In this document: one piece after another, positions 19,670 through 29,591 of the stretch
How positions within the stretch are numbered: position 1 is the first letter of the stretch
How the letters are laid out: the number at the start of each line of letters is the position of its first letter
Assembly: GCA_964432275.1 (NCBI GenBank)
Contig: CAYSMH010000002.1
Coordinates: 9,418-73,417, forward strand
Length of the DNA stretch: 64,000 bases
Source of the DNA: an uncultured Candidatus Saccharibacteria bacterium
GTDB lineage: Bacteria > Patescibacteriota > Minisyncoccia > Phycocordibacterales > UBA9973
Direction: 5' to 3'
Translations under genes and position numbers: made by a program
The notes under the pieces: generated by a model
Databases searched by the model: none
Told to the model about the DNA's origin: nothing
The model's input: only the letters and a program-made list of their open reading frames with translations

Positions 19670-20431
19670 ATGCGCTCCAAAAAACAGGTGCAGACACATA
19701 GTCAGCACACCCGTACACTTGAAAAAATACGCGAACTGTATAAGTTTGCAGAATTTGGCCGATTATCGTCTGGTCTTTTTCATGACATTATCAACCCTCT
19801 TACCGCGATAGTGTTAAACATAGAACAGGCCCGATCAAATCACACCAACATTCCTAAGGTCAAAAAATATTTGGATCAAGCATGTGGAGCAGCGCGACAC
19901 ATGGAACGCTTCGTTGTTGCCATTAAACAACAACTTCACGACACCCAGAAACTTGCATATTTTTGTCCGTGCGCAGAGATTTATTCTGTGGGCAATATTC
20001 TCTCACATAAAGCTCGTGCTGCAAATGTACGATTAGAGTTTTCGCTCAACGCTACTGTACCGCTATTTGGAAATAGTACATATTGGACACAGATCATACT
20101 CAACATTATTAGCAATGCGATTGACGCATACGACAACTCTCACAAGAAAAGTATCGAGCGTGTTGTCACGATCAGCTGCAACAACACTCCAACACTGTTT
20201 TGCTGTAGTATATCTGATCATGGAACTGGAATAGCTCGCTGTCATATACACAAAATATTTAATGCATTCTTTAGTACAAAACTAGGCTGTATGGACAAGG
20301 GGACGGGGGTCGGACTTTCTATTGCAAAACATTTACTAGAAAAAGAATTTAACGGAACTATTACTGTCAAAAGTACCCGTGTTTCAGGAACAACATTTAC
20401 ACTTAGTATTCCCGTACATAGAAAACTTTAA
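19670..20431 (+). CDS. Histidine kinase (HisKA + HATPase only, no sensor domain)
   Basis: FHDIINPL H-box, NIISNAIDA, DHGTGI, FFSTK, GTGVGLSI. Confidence 0.88.
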   Translation: MRSKKQVQTHSQHTRTLEKIRELYKFAEFGRLSSGLFHDIINPLTAIVLNIEQARSNHTNIPKVKKYLDQACGAARHMERFVVAIKQQLHDTQKLAYFCPCAEIYSVGNILSHKARAANVRLEFSLNATVPLFGNSTYWTQIILNIISNAIDAYDNSHKKSIERVVTISCNNTPTLFCCSISDHGTGIARCHIHKIFNAFFSTKLGCMDKGTGVGLSIAKHLLEKEFNGTITVKSTRVSGTTFTLSIPVHRKL

Positions 20432-20489
20432 CGAATTTTTATTTTTTATTTATCTTTTCTTTATATCTACAACATATACTTTGTACTAT

Positions 20490-20651
20490 ATGTTGTATAC
20501 CCACGATCTTTATGACTACCGATGCACCTGCGGCAAACTCTTGTGCAAAGGCGCAATTATCCAAGGTATTGTTGAAGTGAAATGTAAACACTGTCACGAA
20601 GTCATGCGCTTTTCTGGAACAACAAAAACACCGTATCCTGTGCTGTATTGA
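20490..20651 (+). CDS. Com-family small zinc-ribbon protein
   Basis: YRCTCGKLLCKG...EVKCKHC. Confidence 0.7.
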   Translation: MLYTHDLYDYRCTCGKLLCKGAIIQGIVEVKCKHCHEVMRFSGTTKTPYPVLY

Positions 20652-20705
20652 CTTTATATAATTTTTATGTAAAATACAAAAAAATAAACCCCTTAAATTT
20701 TACGT

Positions 20706-21083
20706 ATGGCTCTTTTACTCAAAGAAATCAAAACACAGAAAATCACAAAAAAACAGTTTGCAGAGTATGTTAAGTGTAAATTATTACCTGAAGAGGAATC
20801 CTACAAACAAGAAAAAATCTTAGAAATTTTTGCATGGTTTGGACCACATTTCTCTGTTCACGTTGCGTGTGTTGTAACATATGGATTACAAGTTACCAGC
20901 TTCCGTACAGTAAAAAGGGAACTGCAGAATTTATTTTTCAGACTCAACCTCAACACGCTCGACAGGTACAAACTTACTGAGACTACAATTGAAACTGTGA
21001 AAAAAGAGTTGCGAATTTGCGCAGCAAATTTTGAAACAAAGGCAAGACAGCAAAAACAATCTGTTGCACAACAAGTAGCCTAA
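20706..21083 (+). CDS. Hypothetical protein (ORFan)
   Basis: Own promoter TTGACT-16-TAAAAT (20648-20675) and terminator 21105-21130. Confidence 0.7.
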   Translation: MALLLKEIKTQKITKKQFAEYVKCKLLPEEESYKQEKILEIFAWFGPHFSVHVACVVTYGLQVTSFRTVKRELQNLFFRLNLNTLDRYKLTETTIETVKKELRICAANFETKARQQKQSVAQQVA

Positions 21084-21243
21084 GTAACACACCGAAACAA
21101 AATGACCCCGCATCTATGTGCGGGGTTTTATTATGCACACTCTACTGCGTATATAGTGTCGTAAAAGATATATTGTGCGACGTTAGTACTCTAGAGAGAA
21201 CGGGTCTGTAGACCCTCCTCCCTCCTGCAAATATGTCGCGAAG

Positions 21244-22128
21244 TTATCTTGTTTGATATGTCGTTAAACAATCATTAAATGCAGAAACTTGTGCGTTGTA
21301 TTGTTTTATTTTTTCTTGAGAGATGACAAGGGTAGTGTTGTACTGCGAAACAAGTTTGTTGAATGCTTCTACCTCTTTTCTATACTCTTCCCCGCCGGGG
21401 GTACCTGGAGTTTCGAGACGAGCTTTTTCATTTGCAATATATCCTTGTTGAGATTTTAAATCTGCATTCATAGTATCAATTATTTTTTTCAATACCGGAT
21501 CGATCAACGGACACGCACTTCGTCCCGTCCCAAAGTGCTGAACCGCAAACCAAACCTCTCGACCTTGATACTCGGCTTTCATAGTATATACACCTATTTC
21601 TTGATAGTTGGGATTAAGAATGTTGGCACGATGCCCTGGACTTTCCATCCATGCGCGTACCACATCAGCACCGTCTACAAAAGCACCTAGCGCAAGATTT
21701 TCACCCATGACCACATAGTCATACCCTACTTCTCGACCAAGATCAGAGACACCCTTACCTGATGGAGAATCGTGTTCGAAATATTGATAGGTAATCATAT
21801 CCTGTGTTTTCACTGAAGCAGAGGCTTCAAGTTTGGGATTGATTTGTAACGGCAATAGGCCTGCATTTATACGCTCAATGTTGGTTGCATCAACAATCTC
21901 ACTACTTGATATGTTGCCCTGATCATGTTTAGTAAAAAGTGATATGGGCTCAATACTCTGCATGTATGAACGTATCGAACGTGGCACGAGTGCCGATGCA
22001 CGTTCTTTGGGGACGATAGTATCGAGAACTTGGGTGACAACTTGAGTACTAACGTCAGGAACTGCCAAGGTGACGATAAGTATCACAAGAGTGGTACCAA
22101 TAAGAATGTTACTGAATGTTTTATACAT
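21244..22128 (-). CDS. CAP/SCP-domain protein
   Basis: TNIERINAGL, YFEHDSP, GENLA, AWMESPGHRANIL. Confidence 0.9.
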   Translation of the reverse strand: MYKTFSNILIGTTLVILIVTLAVPDVSTQVVTQVLDTIVPKERASALVPRSIRSYMQSIEPISLFTKHDQGNISSSEIVDATNIERINAGLLPLQINPKLEASASVKTQDMITYQYFEHDSPSGKGVSDLGREVGYDYVVMGENLALGAFVDGADVVRAWMESPGHRANILNPNYQEIGVYTMKAEYQGREVWFAVQHFGTGRSACPLIDPVLKKIIDTMNADLKSQQGYIANEKARLETPGTPGGEEYRKEVEAFNKLVSQYNTTLVISQEKIKQYNAQVSAFNDCLTTYQTR

Positions 22129-22130
22129 AG

Positions 22131-22532
22131 TTAACAGTTGGCGGGTGTATACCCTTGCAGCGTAGCATCTTCTACGGTCTGGAACCAGATACGATTTTCT
22201 GGCTTGATACGTTCAAGTCCTGCACAATCAGGAGTGTAGTACTTAGTCCCATTTTTTGACCCAGCGTATGCTCCTTGGGGAGTATCTGCAGCAGTCGTTG
22301 TAGGTGTAGGAGAGGGTGTTGTGGCTCCCAATACAGTACCTTTTCCCAACTTCTCTACGGGTACAGCGAGGCTTGCGAGAACTTCTGAGGCACAGTGAAG
22401 CTCGACAGTGTCTTGCGCTCGCCCACCCTCAGAACTGCTATATAATATTCCACAATAAAAAGCTAATCCTGCAATAGCTAGGATGAGTATTCCAAAAAGG
22501 GCTTGGTAATACTTACTCAAAAAGGCGTGCAT
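22131..22532 (-). CDS. Membrane-anchored protein with Ada-like metal-binding C-terminal domain
   Basis: TM helix then GSKNGTKYYTPDC..RIKPENRIWF..A..GY.P. Confidence 0.75.
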   Translation of the reverse strand: MHAFLSKYYQALFGILILAIAGLAFYCGILYSSSEGGRAQDTVELHCASEVLASLAVPVEKLGKGTVLGATTPSPTPTTTAADTPQGAYAGSKNGTKYYTPDCAGLERIKPENRIWFQTVEDATLQGYTPANC

Positions 22533-22610
22533 AGTATACCTACTAGTATACCCTACCCTTCTATAGAACGCATTGACAAAAAGCGGTATTTTAGGGTAAG
22601 ATAGGCACCT

Positions 22611-22886
22611 ATGGCACATAAGAAAGCCCAAGGAGCAGCAAAAAACCTTACGGATTCAAATCCACAATATCTCGGCACCAAACTCTATGATGGGCAGTTT
22701 GCAACCGCTGGATCTATCATCGTGCGTCAGCGCGGCACCAAGATTCTTGCAGGTACTGCAGTAGGTATGGGTAAAGACCACACACTCTACGCACTCAAAG
22801 ATGGTACAGTAAAGTTTAGTAGCAAACGCAAACAAAACTTCGACGGTACAGTATCTGTACGCAAAGCAGCAAATATTATTGAATAA
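22611..22886 (+). CDS. rpmA: 50S ribosomal protein L27
   Basis: [28 protein letters not shown]. Confidence 0.97.
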   Translation: MAHKKAQGAAKNLTDSNPQYLGTKLYDGQFATAGSIIVRQRGTKILAGTAVGMGKDHTLYALKDGTVKFSSKRKQNFDGTVSVRKAANIIE

Positions 22887-22910
22887 CAATACATCCCTCT
22901 GACGAGGGAT

Positions 22911-23357
22911 TTATTGTTGGACGATATCTATCGTAAAGGTAGAGTGATATCCTTCATCAGTAACGTCAACTTGATACTTCCCTACTTTTTTGATCGGGCC
23001 GTGCTGTATCGTCATAAGTTTGGGGTCAAGTGAAATACGGTGGGTATCTACCAAATACGCAGCAATATCAGCTGTATCTATTTTTGAAAAGAGATTGCCT
23101 TGTTCACTTGCCTTGACCCGCATCGTCACTGCCAAATCTCGCACAGTATTGATTGATTCGTCGAGAAGTTTGTGATGCAATGCTCGTTCGCTGGCAACAC
23201 TAGCTTGGTAGCGTTTGAGTTCAGCGAGCGCTTTTTCAGTGGCAAGAATAGCAAGCTTTTTAGGAAACAAAGCATGCTCTGCGTAGCCTTGCGCTACCTC
23301 AACTACTTCGTGCTTTTTACCTACTTTTTGTACATTTTGCTGCAGAATAACTTTCAT
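22911..23357 (-). CDS. rplI: 50S ribosomal protein L9
   Basis: MKVILQQNVQKVGKK..VEVAQGYA..LFPKKLA, GNLFSKI. Confidence 0.93.
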   Translation of the reverse strand: MKVILQQNVQKVGKKHEVVEVAQGYAEHALFPKKLAILATEKALAELKRYQASVASERALHHKLLDESINTVRDLAVTMRVKASEQGNLFSKIDTADIAAYLVDTHRISLDPKLMTIQHGPIKKVGKYQVDVTDEGYHSTFTIDIVQQ

Positions 23358-23370
23358 ACTATATCGTTGA

Positions 23371-24591
23371 TTATTTTTTAAACAATTCAATCGCTTTTTC
23401 GAGTTGAATATCTCTTCCATCACTACGCTCCACAAATGGGATCAGTACTGTAGGAGTAAGTCCACTATCTGAAATAGAGACTCCGTTTGGGGTGTACCAT
23501 TTTGCGACCGTGATCTTGAGCGATGTATCCTTGGTGAGTTTGATAACTTCTTGAACCGACCCTTTACCATACGTTTGCTCTCCTGCAAGAATTCCTATTC
23601 CCTGTTCAGAAAGTGCTCCCGCTAAAATCTCAGACGCAGACGCAGACCCCTTATCAACAAGTATCACCAACTTTGACCCTTTGGGAAACAGTGTGGGACC
23701 CTTGCTGGTCTCTACAGATACATCAGCCTCGGTTTTACCAATCTCTTTGACCACCACCTCACCCTCAGGGATAAACCACCCCGCTATTGTCACTGCGGCG
23801 TCAAGATATCCTCCTGGGTTGCCCCGCAAATCAAGCAGAAGGTTAGAATATCCAGAATCACGATACTCACGAAGCGCATCATAAAACAGTTGTGGTGACT
23901 GTGCGGAGAAATTATATAGATGGATTACAAAGGTTTGTGTATCTGCACGCTTTTCGGTGTCTACCGTAGGAAGATCAATATTTTCTCGTGTCACAGTAAA
24001 AACTCGTGGCGCAGTAAACCCTTCGCGAACAATCGTAAGATCAACCGTAGTCCCCGCCTTGCCCCTAATCAGTGAAATAGCTTTGTCGATACCAAGATCG
24101 CTCGTACTTGTTTCCCCGATTGCGATAATCTTGTCCGCAGCACGCAGACCCGCTCGTTCTGCAGGTGTATCCTTCAGTGGAGCAATAACAGTCAATACAC
24201 CATCCTTCTCACCTATTTCGATACCAATACCGTCAAAAGTTCCCGCAATTTCTGATTCAAAAATTTCATTTTCTGAAGGAGTGAAAAACGTAGTGTATGG
24301 ATCATCAAACGATGCGAGCATTCCCTTGATTGCGCCGTACACCCGATCCTCTGGACTCGTTTGATCTGCATCGGCAAACTTCTCATCTACCACAGCCCAC
24401 GCCTTCCAAAACGGGTCAAAATCAGTGGTTTGTGCGACTAATGAGTCTTTGTGAATCACAGAAGTAATGCGTTGTGCAATCGGACGATTTTCATAGCCTA
24501 TATATACACCAACGAAAAATAATACCCCACCCAGAAGAAGAGTCTTGAATACCTGTACTGTTTGGGCTTTTTTATTAGAGTGTTGTTCCAT
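23371..24591 (-). CDS. S41 carboxyl-terminal processing peptidase (CtpA-like)
   Basis: DDPYT, PDZ domain, LDLRGNPGG, SASASEILAGAL, TYGKGSVQ. Confidence 0.93.
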   Translation of the reverse strand: MEQHSNKKAQTVQVFKTLLLGGVLFFVGVYIGYENRPIAQRITSVIHKDSLVAQTTDFDPFWKAWAVVDEKFADADQTSPEDRVYGAIKGMLASFDDPYTTFFTPSENEIFESEIAGTFDGIGIEIGEKDGVLTVIAPLKDTPAERAGLRAADKIIAIGETSTSDLGIDKAISLIRGKAGTTVDLTIVREGFTAPRVFTVTRENIDLPTVDTEKRADTQTFVIHLYNFSAQSPQLFYDALREYRDSGYSNLLLDLRGNPGGYLDAAVTIAGWFIPEGEVVVKEIGKTEADVSVETSKGPTLFPKGSKLVILVDKGSASASEILAGALSEQGIGILAGEQTYGKGSVQEVIKLTKDTSLKITVAKWYTPNGVSISDSGLTPTVLIPFVERSDGRDIQLEKAIELFKK

Positions 24592-24808
24592 GAATACTCT
24601 CATCAGTAGGATCTATCGTTTGAGATGCGCCCTGTCGAAGCTCAAAGCGTAGCTTCTTGTATGCGTATCTAAGCCGGTATGTCAGCACAATAAGTAATAC
24701 CCCAATAGCTACTGTAAGCACTGTTTTTACTATATCCACCACACCGAAAAACGGCAGAAAGAGTAGTACGATCCCGATCCAAAGTAGTAGTCGTAATTTA
24801 CCAACCAT
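24575..24808 (-). CDS. Small membrane protein
   Basis: Two hydrophobic helices (LPFFGV), -10 box TATACT 7 nt upstream. Confidence 0.7.
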   Translation of the reverse strand: MVGKLRLLLWIGIVLLFLPFFGVVDIVKTVLTVAIGVLLIVLTYRLRYAYKKLRFELRQGASQTIDPTDESIHGTTL

Positions 24809-24829
24809 GGTGCCCAGTATACCAAAAAG

Positions 24830-25525
24830 TTAGCCCCTGTGATAGCTTGGAGCAACAACCACCACAAACTCCCCTCTAACCTTGTCTGGATGCTCGGTAT
24901 AGTATGCCAAAAGCTCGACAGCCGTACCCCGAGGATATTCCTCAAATGCTTTGGTCATTTCTCTACCAACCATGAGTTGTCTGTCCCCGAGTATTCCACT
25001 GAGTGCTTCGAGGGTCTTGAGGATCCGATGTGGAGATTCATAAAAAATGACCACATGTTCACTCTCCGCAATATGCGCAAAGAGTGTCTGTCTCCCCTTT
25101 TTGTGCGGAATAAATCCCAAAAATTCAAAATGATTTCCAGGAAAACCTGATACCGACAACGCACTGACGACAGCCGATGCGCCCGGTATTGGCACCACTG
25201 TTGCATCTGGATATGCCTTTCGAAATTCATCTATAAAAAGTGATCCCGGATCAGAGATCGCCGGAGTACCTGCATCAGTCACAAGTACAATATGCTCGTG
25301 TTCGGCACATCGCTCAAGTGCTTTTGTTACTGCTGTGTCACTACTTTGTGCATGACTTGATACATATTCCTTTTTCTCACCGCCAATACCTAAAAGCTTA
25401 AACAACTGCCCAGTCGTACGTGTGTCTTCTGCGAGCACGAGCGTTGCCTGCTCAAGCACTTCTTTTGCGCGAAGCGTGATATCTTTGAGGTTCCCTATTG
25501 GAGTTGCGACAACAGAGAGAATCAT
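24830..25525 (-). CDS. rsmI: 16S rRNA C1402 2'-O-methyltransferase
   Basis: VATPIGNLKDITLRA, AEDTR, DAGTPAISDPG, YESPHR, RGEFVVV; start MILSVV directly after tRNA-Ile. Confidence 0.95.
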   Translation of the reverse strand: MILSVVATPIGNLKDITLRAKEVLEQATLVLAEDTRTTGQLFKLLGIGGEKKEYVSSHAQSSDTAVTKALERCAEHEHIVLVTDAGTPAISDPGSLFIDEFRKAYPDATVVPIPGASAVVSALSVSGFPGNHFEFLGFIPHKKGRQTLFAHIAESEHVVIFYESPHRILKTLEALSGILGDRQLMVGREMTKAFEEYPRGTAVELLAYYTEHPDKVRGEFVVVVAPSYHRG

Positions 25526-25526
25526 G

Positions 25527-25598
25527 TGCGTGTACATGGAATCGAACCATGGACCTCTGTCTTATCAGGACAGCGTTCTACCACTGAACTATACACGC
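25527..25598 (-). tRNA. tRNA-Ile(GAT), CCA not encoded
   Basis: GCGTGTA acceptor stem, AGTGGTAGAAC D-loop, CTGTC-CTGATAA-GACAG anticodon arm, GGTTCGATTCC T-loop. Confidence 0.93.
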
Positions 25599-25659
25599 GT
25601 GGTGGCATTATTATACTTATTTAGATCAAATATTCAAGCTGAGACGAGTGCCGAAGCAT

Positions 25660-26595
25660 TTATTCGTCATCTGCCTCCCCTACTTCTCCAACCTGCATCG
25701 CATCGATAATCTTGTCGATTTTGCCGAGCATGATACCTTCGATGTTGGAGAAATTTTGGCGGATGCGGTGATCGGTGACGCGGTCTTGGGGGAAGTTGTA
25801 GGTGCGGATCTTTTCGGAACGATCAGCAGTACCGATCTGGTTCTTGCGGTCCCCTGAATACTTTGCTGCTTCTTCTTCCTCTTTGAGCTGCTGAAGCTTG
25901 GCAGTGAGGATCATAAGAGCTTTTTCACGGTTATCTACCTGACTACGTTCAGCAGTAGATCGTACATCAATACCTGTTGGTTTGTGAATGAGACGTACTG
26001 CAGTTTCAACCTTGTTGACGTTTTGTCCCCCTGCACCTCCTGAGCGTGAGTACTCCATTTCCAAGTCTGCAGGGTTGATCACAAACTTCACTTTTTTACG
26101 AATCGGCAAAATAGCAATCGATGCAGTCGACGTGTGAATGCGTCCCATCTTTTCAGTGACCGGTACACGCTGCACACGGTGCACTCCTGTCTCAAAACGG
26201 AAAAGTTTGTATACATCTTTACCATGTATTTCAAGCGTATATGGGTCAATATGCTTTGTCTTCCATCCACGTGTGTCCGCAAATCGTTCATACATATCCA
26301 CAAGTTCTGTCGCAAAGAGCGCCGCCTCATCTCCACCAGCACCCGCACGAGCTTCGAGAATGATTTCGTTTGGAAATTCTTCTTCCTCTTTTTCACTTTC
26401 CTCGATCGCTTTGATCTGATCTTCGATCGCAGTTTTTTGCACAGCAAGCGCTGCGAGTTCATCTGCAGCAATATCTTTCATGCTTTCATCACTTGCAATA
26501 AGTGTATGCACTTCTTCTTCTTGTTTCAAAAGACGCTCGTATTCAGATGCGAGGTATTGGGTCTTGTGATTTTTTTTCAGTTCTTCGAGATTCAT
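25660..26595 (-). CDS. prfA: Peptide chain release factor 1
   Basis: [25 protein letters not shown] (PxT), [27 protein letters not shown]. Confidence 0.95.
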   Translation of the reverse strand: MNLEELKKNHKTQYLASEYERLLKQEEEVHTLIASDESMKDIAADELAALAVQKTAIEDQIKAIEESEKEEEEFPNEIILEARAGAGGDEAALFATELVDMYERFADTRGWKTKHIDPYTLEIHGKDVYKLFRFETGVHRVQRVPVTEKMGRIHTSTASIAILPIRKKVKFVINPADLEMEYSRSGGAGGQNVNKVETAVRLIHKPTGIDVRSTAERSQVDNREKALMILTAKLQQLKEEEEAAKYSGDRKNQIGTADRSEKIRTYNFPQDRVTDHRIRQNFSNIEGIMLGKIDKIIDAMQVGEVGEADDE

Positions 26596-26607
26596 AAAAA
26601 TAGACAA

Positions 26608-26693
26608 GATGCCTCACCAGACATTACTATCTTTTCCGAAAACTCGCTTCGCTCAAACAGTTCTCCAAAGATAGCAATGCCTGCCTCGGCACC
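26608..26693 (-). repeat. Long intergenic hairpin (REP-like element) between rpmE and prfA
   Basis: 17-bp stem 26618-26634/26667-26683 with two G-U pairs on minus strand; apex GUUUGAGCGAAGCGAGUU. Confidence 0.6.
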
Positions 26694-26706
26694 TCGTAGT
26701 ATGTCG

Positions 26707-26958
26707 TTATTTCTTTGCAGCTGCCGCACGCTTTTTGAAGCGGTCTACACGTCCTGCGGTGTCGATCACCTTTTCGTTTCCAGTATAGAACGGGTGTGAT
26801 GCACTTGAGATTTCGACGCGGTACGCATCGTACTCTGTGCCCTTGTAGGTCGCCTTTTCAGAAGTTTTGACAGTAGAGCCGATCAAAAACTGAGTATCAG
26901 AAGAGTTGTCGATAAAGACGACAGGTCGGAAGTTGGTTGGGTGGATATCCTTTTTCAT
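26707..26958 (-). CDS. rpmE: 50S ribosomal protein L31 type B
   Basis: [28 protein letters not shown]; no Cys motif. Confidence 0.96.
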   Translation of the reverse strand: MKKDIHPTNFRPVVFIDNSSDTQFLIGSTVKTSEKATYKGTEYDAYRVEISSASHPFYTGNEKVIDTAGRVDRFKKRAAAAKK

Positions 26959-27003
26959 AGGGGCTCAGTATAGCACAGGCGTATTGAAAATCAATACTCT
27001 GTA

Positions 27004-28374
27004 TTATCGCCTAGAAACACCATACTGTACGAGATAGTCAATATCTGCCTGAATCGCTCGAGTATGTGCCATAACAGAGTTACCGTACCCCGCAACAGCA
27101 GCACTTGTTGAGCATGCGCGTCCAGAGTAGTAGCGACATGCTGCGGTTCGCTCATTGGCCTCCCCTCCTACTGCGCCATTTGCCTTGTGCAGCATACCAG
27201 ACGCCATGATCGCATCTCGAGCAATCCATGGGTTTGATGTCGCCTTTCCAAGAGCTGCTGCAACTTTTCCTTGATACATTTCCCAGGTTGAAGGAATAAA
27301 TTGTGACGGCCCCATCGCGCCTCCCCATCCGAGGTTTCCAATACGGCAAGAAATAGGTGTAGTTTCTGGGTTAAGTCCGAGCGCTTTGGTGATACGCAAA
27401 AACGGTGGGATATCTCGAGTAGGATGCATCATAGCTGTATAACTCTTGGATGGTGGGTCCCCCGCTCTGTTACAAGTACCGACATTAGCACCAAGGTTGG
27501 ACTCTTGCTTGAGAGTACCGAGAATAAACGCAGCTCGTACCCCCGTTGCAGCTTCTGCCTCTTTGGCATATGCATATGCTTCTTTAAATGGAATAGCTTT
27601 GGTCGCACCTCCCGCAAAACTAAAAAGTTTACTTTCGATCGCAGAAACTTTCTTTTGCTGTTCTGCTACTGTTGCTGCTACTCGTTGCTCTTCAGTCTTA
27701 CTCGTATCAAGAAGCACCTTTGCTTCTTTTTGAGATGCAGTGAGTTTACTCTTTTCACTTTCAAGTGCATTTTTTGCGTCTTTTGCTTGCTCTTGCTTAT
27801 CGAGAAGTTGAGTTTTTTGTTCTTCGGTAGCTGAACGAATCCGCTTGATTTTATCGAGTGATGCGTAGAGTGACTTTTTGACCGCCATAAAGTCATCGAG
27901 ATCTTGATAGAAATCAGTTACGGACTGAGCTGAAAGTACGACATATGCGGCACCTTTTTGGTCAAGTTCGTTGGTACGCTTGACCAACTGCTCCATAGAC
28001 TGTCGCTCCCGATCAAGTTCCCCTGAAAGACTTGTAATCGCCTTTTCTTTTTCACCAATCTGCTTTGAAAGTGTTCCGATCGACGTGATCTGGTTCTTGA
28101 TCTTGGTTTGTGTACTGTTTATCTGTGAGATGATTTTGTTGACGTTGGACTGGAGCGCGCCACTTTTTGACTTTTGTGCAGCAAGCTGTGTTTGAAGTTC
28201 TTTGAGACGAGCAGTTTCTACTGCATAGTCACGACATGCTTGTGCAATATCTTCTGATGTAGGATTGAGACATACTGCCGGTTGTGTATCTGCAGCTTCA
28301 GTGGGTACAAGCCATAACGCTGAAACCCCGATCGAAACAACAACAAGTACTGCAATAAAAAACTTTTTTACCAT
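27004..28374 (-). CDS. Secreted coiled-coil protein with lytic murein transglycosylase domain
   Basis: Signal peptide, long coiled coil, QESNLG, GGAMGPSQFIPSTW. Confidence 0.85.
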   Translation of the reverse strand: MVKKFFIAVLVVVSIGVSALWLVPTEAADTQPAVCLNPTSEDIAQACRDYAVETARLKELQTQLAAQKSKSGALQSNVNKIISQINSTQTKIKNQITSIGTLSKQIGEKEKAITSLSGELDRERQSMEQLVKRTNELDQKGAAYVVLSAQSVTDFYQDLDDFMAVKKSLYASLDKIKRIRSATEEQKTQLLDKQEQAKDAKNALESEKSKLTASQKEAKVLLDTSKTEEQRVAATVAEQQKKVSAIESKLFSFAGGATKAIPFKEAYAYAKEAEAATGVRAAFILGTLKQESNLGANVGTCNRAGDPPSKSYTAMMHPTRDIPPFLRITKALGLNPETTPISCRIGNLGWGGAMGPSQFIPSTWEMYQGKVAAALGKATSNPWIARDAIMASGMLHKANGAVGGEANERTAACRYYSGRACSTSAAVAGYGNSVMAHTRAIQADIDYLVQYGVSRR

Positions 28375-28450
28375 ATATGAAATAAGACTCTCAGTATACC
28401 AAGAGTCTTACATCGCGATCTATTGATTTGCTATTGAATCTATTGCGTAC

Positions 28451-29083
28451 TTATTCAGCAGCAGGTTCAGCGTCTTCGTCTTTCTTGCCTTTTTCTACTA
28501 CTTCGATAGCGCTAAGATCCATTGGAGCTGATTCTTTTTCTTCTTGGAATGCCGCAACGAGTGCAACCACTTCTTCACCATCAGTCACCATAGTCACACC
28601 CTTAGGAAGTACAATGTCTTTAACATTGATCTGCATATCAACAGATGCAAGTGAGGTCACGTCGACCTCAAACGCATGTGGTAGGTCTGCAGGAAGTGCG
28701 CGTACTTGTACTTCGTGAAGCACCTTCACAAGTGTGCCGAGTCCACCCTTTTCTGCTTCTGCGAGTCCTGTGAACTCGATCGGTACCGCAACCTCAATCT
28801 CTTTCTTCATGTCGATAACGAGAAAGTCTACGTGTGTTGGCACGTTCATGATCGGGTCAAGCTGCATGTCGTGGATCAATGTGGTCACCTTTTCACCAGC
28901 AACATCAAGTGTCACTGCAGTAGTCTCACCTGCCTGTTTCCATACTTTTGCAAAATCTTTGGAAGATATAGCGATCGATACCGCGTCTTTGCCCATGCCG
29001 TAGTACACAGCGGGGATCTGGTCAGCAGCACGGAGTGTCGCAGGGGTCTCGGTGCCTCGTTTGGTTGCAGTTAATGTAATCAT
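28451..29083 (-). CDS. rplY: 50S ribosomal protein L25/Ctc
   Basis: IPAVYYG, HVDF, VPIEFTG, ALPADLP, acidic tail. Confidence 0.94.
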   Translation of the reverse strand: MITLTATKRGTETPATLRAADQIPAVYYGMGKDAVSIAISSKDFAKVWKQAGETTAVTLDVAGEKVTTLIHDMQLDPIMNVPTHVDFLVIDMKKEIEVAVPIEFTGLAEAEKGGLGTLVKVLHEVQVRALPADLPHAFEVDVTSLASVDMQINVKDIVLPKGVTMVTDGEEVVALVAAFQEEKESAPMDLSAIEVVEKGKKDEDAEPAAE

Positions 29084-29176
29084 AGTGGGGATACTATACA
29101 CAATAAGGCCGGTTTTGTAAAATGAGAAATACTTGACACTATACTCATATTGTTATATTATGATAAAAATTTTAAA

Positions 29177-29551
29177 ATGAAAATAAGTAAAAATACTCAA
29201 GCCTACATTGTTGCTTTTCTTACCCTATTATTTGCAAGCGGTTATGCATCTCTCTTCTACCATGATCAGATGCCTGAATTATTAAAGATTGACTTAAAAC
29301 CTTACCATGAAAATAACCGGTTATTGGCCGACTCAATTACACAAAAAGAGAAAAGGTTGGGAGAAGTTAAAAAACTCCACAAAGCTGCTGAATGTTTAGG
29401 TGAAAGTACGAATGGTATTGACATTGAATCAAAAGAGATTGAACAGGTAATCATCCGCTTGGATAGGAAAATCAAATCAAATAATCGATATATCGATTCA
29501 CTGACAATTCGTCGAAACAAGTATCCTTGGATAGGATGGCTAGTACCGTAA
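29177..29551 (+). CDS. Hypothetical membrane-anchored coiled-coil protein (ORFan)
   Basis: TTGACA at 29133, N-terminal TM helix, hairpin 29566-29592. Confidence 0.65.
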   Translation: MKISKNTQAYIVAFLTLLFASGYASLFYHDQMPELLKIDLKPYHENNRLLADSITQKEKRLGEVKKLHKAAECLGESTNGIDIESKEIEQVIIRLDRKIKSNNRYIDSLTIRRNKYPWIGWLVP

Positions 29552-29591
29552 ATTATTTTAAAATTAAAAGCACCACATCTGTGGAGCTTTT

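Noticed and set aside
28420-28446. Three CTATTG direct repeats after rplY
   Set aside because: Too short to distinguish from chance and not tied to a clear promoter
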